The translations under genes and the position numbers were made by a program. A stretch of DNA of 10,756 bases, from NCBI GenBank assembly GCA_013166835.1, contig JABLTI010000097.1:1-10756 (forward strand), given 5' to 3'. Positions 7,616-10,756 of the stretch are shown piece by piece; position 1 is the stretch's first letter, and every line of letters starts with the position of its first letter. The DNA is from Promethearchaeati archaeon (GTDB lineage Archaea; Asgardarchaeota; Heimdallarchaeia; JABLTI01). The notes beneath the pieces were generated by a model. It worked only from the letters and a program-made list of their open reading frames with translations. It made no database searches and was not told the DNA's origin.

Positions 7616-8524
7616 GTTAATATCAACCTTTAATCGGGATAATATTTCGTTGATTTTTTTCTCCTTTTTATCAATATTAGGGACATTCTTTAGAATGATT
7701 GATTTGGTTGCTCTTGGAGGAGTGAGAATAAGGGTTCCAAATTTGAAGAGTCCCCATTCAATAATGTCTGGGTACTCTTTTATTATTGACATATCTGCAG
7801 CAGGATAACGTTCTATTCCACCCAAAATTCCTTTTCTATGTAGGAGCTCGTTACCTTCAACGATGTAGTAGTTTGTTTGAGCAGCTATTATTGTTATTGT
7901 TAAAATAAAAAATAACAATATAGCTAAAGCAAAATAGACTTGCGTTGATAAGTAGACTCTCATGGTTAGTTGTATGGCTGCCAAGAAATCATAAATTGCA
8001 TTAAGGAGGAAAAAGGTTCCAACGACAATTATAATTATCAATGCTATAATTATCGATCTTGCACGATTAAAATCAAAAGCAATCAGTATCAAGTTCAAGG
8101 AAAATATTATGAAGAAAATAATTCCCAATATATCCATATATCCCGAGTTCGAGAGAGTATCTATTATGGGTACACCTTTGTATTTGTTTAGTAAGAGTTG
8201 TATAATTCCAAAGGTAAGGGATACAATAAATGAAGGAAAGAATAATACCATAGAAGAATAAGAGCGTATTTTCACTCGGTCTATGTATTCCTCTTCTTCT
8301 TCATCTTCTGCACCTTTATCCTCATCAAGTACTACTGCATCTATTGCCTTCTTTGCATAAACTGGTTCTTCGCGTCGTCTTTCAGCATAAGCAGGTGCTT
8401 CTTCTCGTGGAGGTGGAGCAGGAGGAGGTTCTTCCTCTCGTCGGAATTCAGTATATGTGGGTTCTTCTTCTTCTCGTTCAATTTCAGCTTGTTCTTCTGA
8501 AGGTTGTTCATGTTCTTCGGACAA
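7613..8524 (-). CDS. Hypothetical membrane protein: acidic repetitive N-terminal tail, about 4 TM helices, C-terminal bacterial-PH-like beta domain
   Basis: 303 aa; TTG start with GGTGA SD (8531-8535). Residues 1-80 are Glu/Pro-rich, followed by four hydrophobic segments. C-terminal YYIVEGNELLHRKGILG...EWGLFKFGTLIL...I.LKNVP resembles bPH_2/DUF304-type domains (recognised by eye only). Confidence 0.7.
   Translation of the reverse strand: MSEEHEQPSEEQAEIEREEEEPTYTEFRREEEPPPAPPPREEAPAYAERRREEPVYAKKAIDAVVLDEDKGAEDEEEEEYIDRVKIRSYSSMVLFFPSFIVSLTFGIIQLLLNKYKGVPIIDTLSNSGYMDILGIIFFIIFSLNLILIAFDFNRARSIIIALIIIIVVGTFFLLNAIYDFLAAIQLTMRVYLSTQVYFALAILLFFILTITIIAAQTNYYIVEGNELLHRKGILGGIERYPAADMSIIKEYPDIIEWGLFKFGTLILTPPRATKSIILKNVPNIDKKEKKINEILSRLKVDIN
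8348..8476 (-). repeat. Four imperfect 9-12 aa tandem repeats starting with REE, within the CDS
   Basis: REEEEPTYTEFR / REEEPPPAPPP / REEAPAYAERR / REEPVYAKK (aa 17-59). Confidence 0.6.
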
Positions 8525-8663
8525 AGAAATTCACCACTGAGAACCGATTATCTTTCTAGTAAAAAAAGATTCTTCAACTGACAATTCTTTGAGAAATTAC
8601 TACTTTTAATTTTCATCTCATTTTATTATGTAAATTTCTGTTTTTTTATAAAAAACCTGTAAA

Positions 8664-8678
8664 CGAAACATTTAATAA
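8664..8678 (+). promoter_or_regulatory. BRE-TATA promoter for the plus-strand wHTH gene
   Basis: CGAAA-CA-TTTAATAA, the classical archaeal BRE+TATA arrangement; predicts a TSS near 8700. Confidence 0.5.
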
Positions 8679-8779
8679 TAATAAATCAGAGTATATTCTC
8701 ATGAGCATAAGAATAAATTCTTGTGGTCACTGCGTTGATATTCCCCAATGAATGAGAAAAAGAAGGCGGTAAATAAACG

Positions 8780-9226
8780 ATGTTTGTCGAGTTAATGACT
8801 AGTAATGTAAAAGACAGAGAATTAAGGATTCGTGAGTCTCTCGAGAAGAAGAAAGGAACAAGAGGAAGGAAGAAGAGTAAGAAAACAATTAGAGTACAAG
8901 AGCTTATAATGGATTTATTATTTGTTAGCCGACGATTAATGAGATCTTCAGAAATCAGAATTGCTGTAGCAAAACGTGTAAAAGGATTAAGTAATTATCT
9001 CTTCTTTTCCGCTCTGATGGATTTACAAAAACAAGGGTCAATTCTCAAGAAGAAGAATCTATTAAACATGAAATATACTTTCTATGTTTTGTCCGAAGAA
9101 GAACGTGGATTACGATTAAAAGATAGCTTACCTAGAGAACACATAAGCGGTATAGAATTAAATTATTTGATGAGAACATACCAATTAGAAAAGGATCTAA
9201 TCTTCCCACTAAGATTCTTATTCTAA
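8780..9226 (+). CDS. Basic winged helix-turn-helix DNA-binding protein (putative regulator)
   Basis: 148 aa. Lys/Arg-rich N-terminus, then helix (VQELIMDLL), MRSSEIRIAV, recognition helix (SNYLFFSALMDLQKQGSI) and wing (KKKNLLNMKYTFYVL). Followed by a T-rich tract. Confidence 0.6.
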   Translation: MFVELMTSNVKDRELRIRESLEKKKGTRGRKKSKKTIRVQELIMDLLFVSRRLMRSSEIRIAVAKRVKGLSNYLFFSALMDLQKQGSILKKKNLLNMKYTFYVLSEEERGLRLKDSLPREHISGIELNYLMRTYQLEKDLIFPLRFLF

Positions 9227-9247
9227 TCCCTTTTTCTTTTATTTTTC
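9227..9247 (+). terminator. Oligo-T terminator candidate
   Basis: TCCCTTTTTCTTTTATTTTTC immediately after the TAA stop. Confidence 0.4.
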
Positions 9248-9355
9248 AGGAAAAAATTAGTGCTGTATGCAGTCTTTTTGTGTGAAAAGGTCAAAAGAAC
9301 AGTCAGTTTTAAAAACCAAAAAGTTAGATTAATTACAGGGAAAACCCAATAACTA

Positions 9356-9363
9356 TTTATAAA
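9356..9363 (+). promoter_or_regulatory. TATA box (TTTATAAA) for the HD-domain gene
   Basis: Consensus TATA about 40 nt upstream of ATG 9405, with GGAG at 9387-9390. Confidence 0.45.
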
Positions 9364-9404
9364 GTAAATTTTGGTATGTTTACCACGGAGATTATAGATT
9401 ATTA

Positions 9405-10064
9405 ATGCCCCCTGATTACAAGAAATTATACGAAATCGTTTGTGATCTTTACTCAGATACTGATCATTTTTATTATGGACAATGGGATGAGACTTTTTAC
9501 ACTTTAAGAGTATTTGAAACTTGTAAAATGTTAATCAAACGAACACGTAACAAAATTGAGGAAGAGATTATTCTAACCGCTGCGATTTTTCATGACATCG
9601 GAAAAACAAAACTTGACACTGAAAAGAAGATCAAAAATGAGTGGGATACGCATCCAAATTACGGAGCAGAAATCACAAGAAAGATTCTTCGTAAGCAAGG
9701 TTACAGCAACGGTTTTGTAGAGAAAGTTGTGTATCTAGTCAAACACCATGACAATAGACCAGGAAAAGTAGAGATGGTTAGATCAAGCGAATTAAAAATC
9801 CTACAAGATGCTGATTTATTAGCTGATATGGGCATTGCTAGTTTTGTGAGACCATTCCTATACAGTGGAAAAAACAAAAGAAAAACTATTGACAATGTCA
9901 ATTACATAAAAACCACAAGAAGCCATGATGGTGGTATATCTAAGGAAAATCTTTATCGATTAAACCTCAAGTCTTCAAAGCGTTTAGCTATAAAATTCAT
10001 AAAAGAATCTGATAGACTTAACAATAAAATCTTCAAAATGACTCAGTCTGAACTTGTAGAGTAA
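9405..10064 (+). CDS. HD-domain metal-dependent phosphohydrolase family protein
   Basis: 219 aa with AAIFHDIGK, H..YGAE, VKHHD and LQDADLLA motifs; the N-terminal motif reads YTLRV instead of HxxRV. Confidence 0.85.
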   Translation: MPPDYKKLYEIVCDLYSDTDHFYYGQWDETFYTLRVFETCKMLIKRTRNKIEEEIILTAAIFHDIGKTKLDTEKKIKNEWDTHPNYGAEITRKILRKQGYSNGFVEKVVYLVKHHDNRPGKVEMVRSSELKILQDADLLADMGIASFVRPFLYSGKNKRKTIDNVNYIKTTRSHDGGISKENLYRLNLKSSKRLAIKFIKESDRLNNKIFKMTQSELVE

Positions 10065-10198
10065 TAGTTTAGTTGGTTTTTGCAAAAATCCTTTAAGCAA
10101 CTTATTTCTAGGTCAATTATTGGTGAGCTTTATGAAGGCATTTATTTCAGTTGATTTAGAGGGATTACCATAGAAAGAGCAAGGATTCGATCAAGTAG

Positions 10199-10558
10199 TT
10201 ATTGCAGATAATTTTCTGCTGGGAAATTGTCTTCCCCTGACCAAACATTTACTTCTTTATCAGGACTTGAAGCATCCATGAGATTCTCAGTTGGACTCTT
10301 ATAGCCAATACTTACTTCTAAATTATCGGTATTATTACAGATAATTTTCATATCAACTGTTGCAGTAGTTAGTTCATTCTTTGTGAAGTATGCTTCAGTG
10401 TCAACCATTCTCGCTGTTCCTTCAACAATGCCAGGAATCCTAATATCAAGCATATAATTACGAGGAGCAACAAGTCCTGCAAATACTAAAAGGAGGATTG
10501 ACGATATTATTAATATACTACTCAAACCTGCCCAAAATATCTTTGTCCTTCGTTCCAT
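10199..10558 (-). CDS. Hypothetical protein with an N-terminal signal/membrane anchor (possibly truncated)
   Basis: 119 aa: MERRTK followed by a ~22-aa hydrophobic helix and a polar beta-rich region. GGAG SD at 10569-10572 and a TTTTTATAT TATA-like element near 10615-10623. Confidence 0.6.
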   Translation of the reverse strand: MERRTKIFWAGLSSILIISSILLLVFAGLVAPRNYMLDIRIPGIVEGTARMVDTEAYFTKNELTTATVDMKIICNNTDNLEVSIGYKSPTENLMDASSPDKEVNVWSGEDNFPAENYLQ

Positions 10559-10743
10559 TTCAAAAAAACTCCATCCCTCATATATAGAAGTTTCATTTTA
10601 ACTAAGACTTTTAGATATAAAAAGGTTTAAGTTTGTTACTGAAACAAACCTTAATATTATTTTTTTGTTGAATCATATAGAAACTTAAAATAATGTAAAT
10701 GCCTTATATAATATTGATTAGCTTATTTGTGGTGATGGGAGCT

Positions 10744-10756
10744 ATGAAAAGGAATA
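10744..10756 (+). CDS. Start of a gene running off the window (MKRN...)
   Basis: ATG at 10744 preceded by a strong SD-like GGTGATGGGAG and an upstream TTATATAA element (~10703-10711); only 4 codons visible. Confidence 0.4.

Noticed and set aside
7970-8559. Plus-strand ORFs 7970-8191 and 8344-8559
   Set aside because: Antisense to the membrane-protein gene; their composition mirrors its low-complexity codons.
8749-8751. Selenocysteine readthrough of the TGA joining the CGHC peptide to MRKRRR
   Set aside because: No SECIS-like hairpin recognised nearby, and the TGA is not in a redox-motif position.
9701-9901. 66-aa minus-strand ORF
   Set aside because: Antisense to the HD-domain gene.
9405-10064. 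HD protein as a Cas3''/CRISPR or defence nuclease
   Set aside because: No cas genes, repeat-spacer array or helicase nearby; motifs fit a generic stand-alone HD hydrolase.
1-10756. tRNA/rRNA genes, CRISPR arrays, IS elements, inteins
   Set aside because: Intergenic regions are short and AT-rich with no GC-rich structured RNA, periodic repeats, transposase or terminal inverted repeats; Cdc48 has normal length with no intein.

Overview
AT-rich archaeal chromosomal DNA. Evidence for archaeal origin: GGTGA/GGAG Shine-Dalgarno sites, TATA/BRE-type promoters, H4MPT C1 enzymes and an archaeal-type Cdc48. An Asgard-type lineage is plausible from the gene mix (ftr/mch plus bacterial-type plsY), but that is inference only. 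Minus strand, in transcription order: a 4-TM membrane protein with an acidic, Tyr/Pro-repeat N-terminal tail; a heat-shock unit hsp20-cdc48-ArsR/COG1777 (HSR1/Phr-like) regulator preceded by a perfect TTTAGTGA-N5-TCACTAAA palindrome; a divergent PlsY-family acyltransferase; a DUF4234-like membrane protein; ftr; mch; and the 5' part of a WecB-like UDP-GlcNAc 2-epimerase that is missing from the ORF track. Plus strand: a basic winged-helix protein preceded by a possible leaderless 16-aa CGHC peptide, and an HD-domain protein whose first metal-binding His is Tyr. At the right end are a membrane-anchored hypothetical gene (minus strand) and the first codons of another gene. No RNA genes, CRISPR arrays or mobile elements were recognised. 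Best leads: the active-site-altered archaeal PlsY, the candidate new heat-shock operator, and the EPIYA-like/PxxPxR repeat tail.
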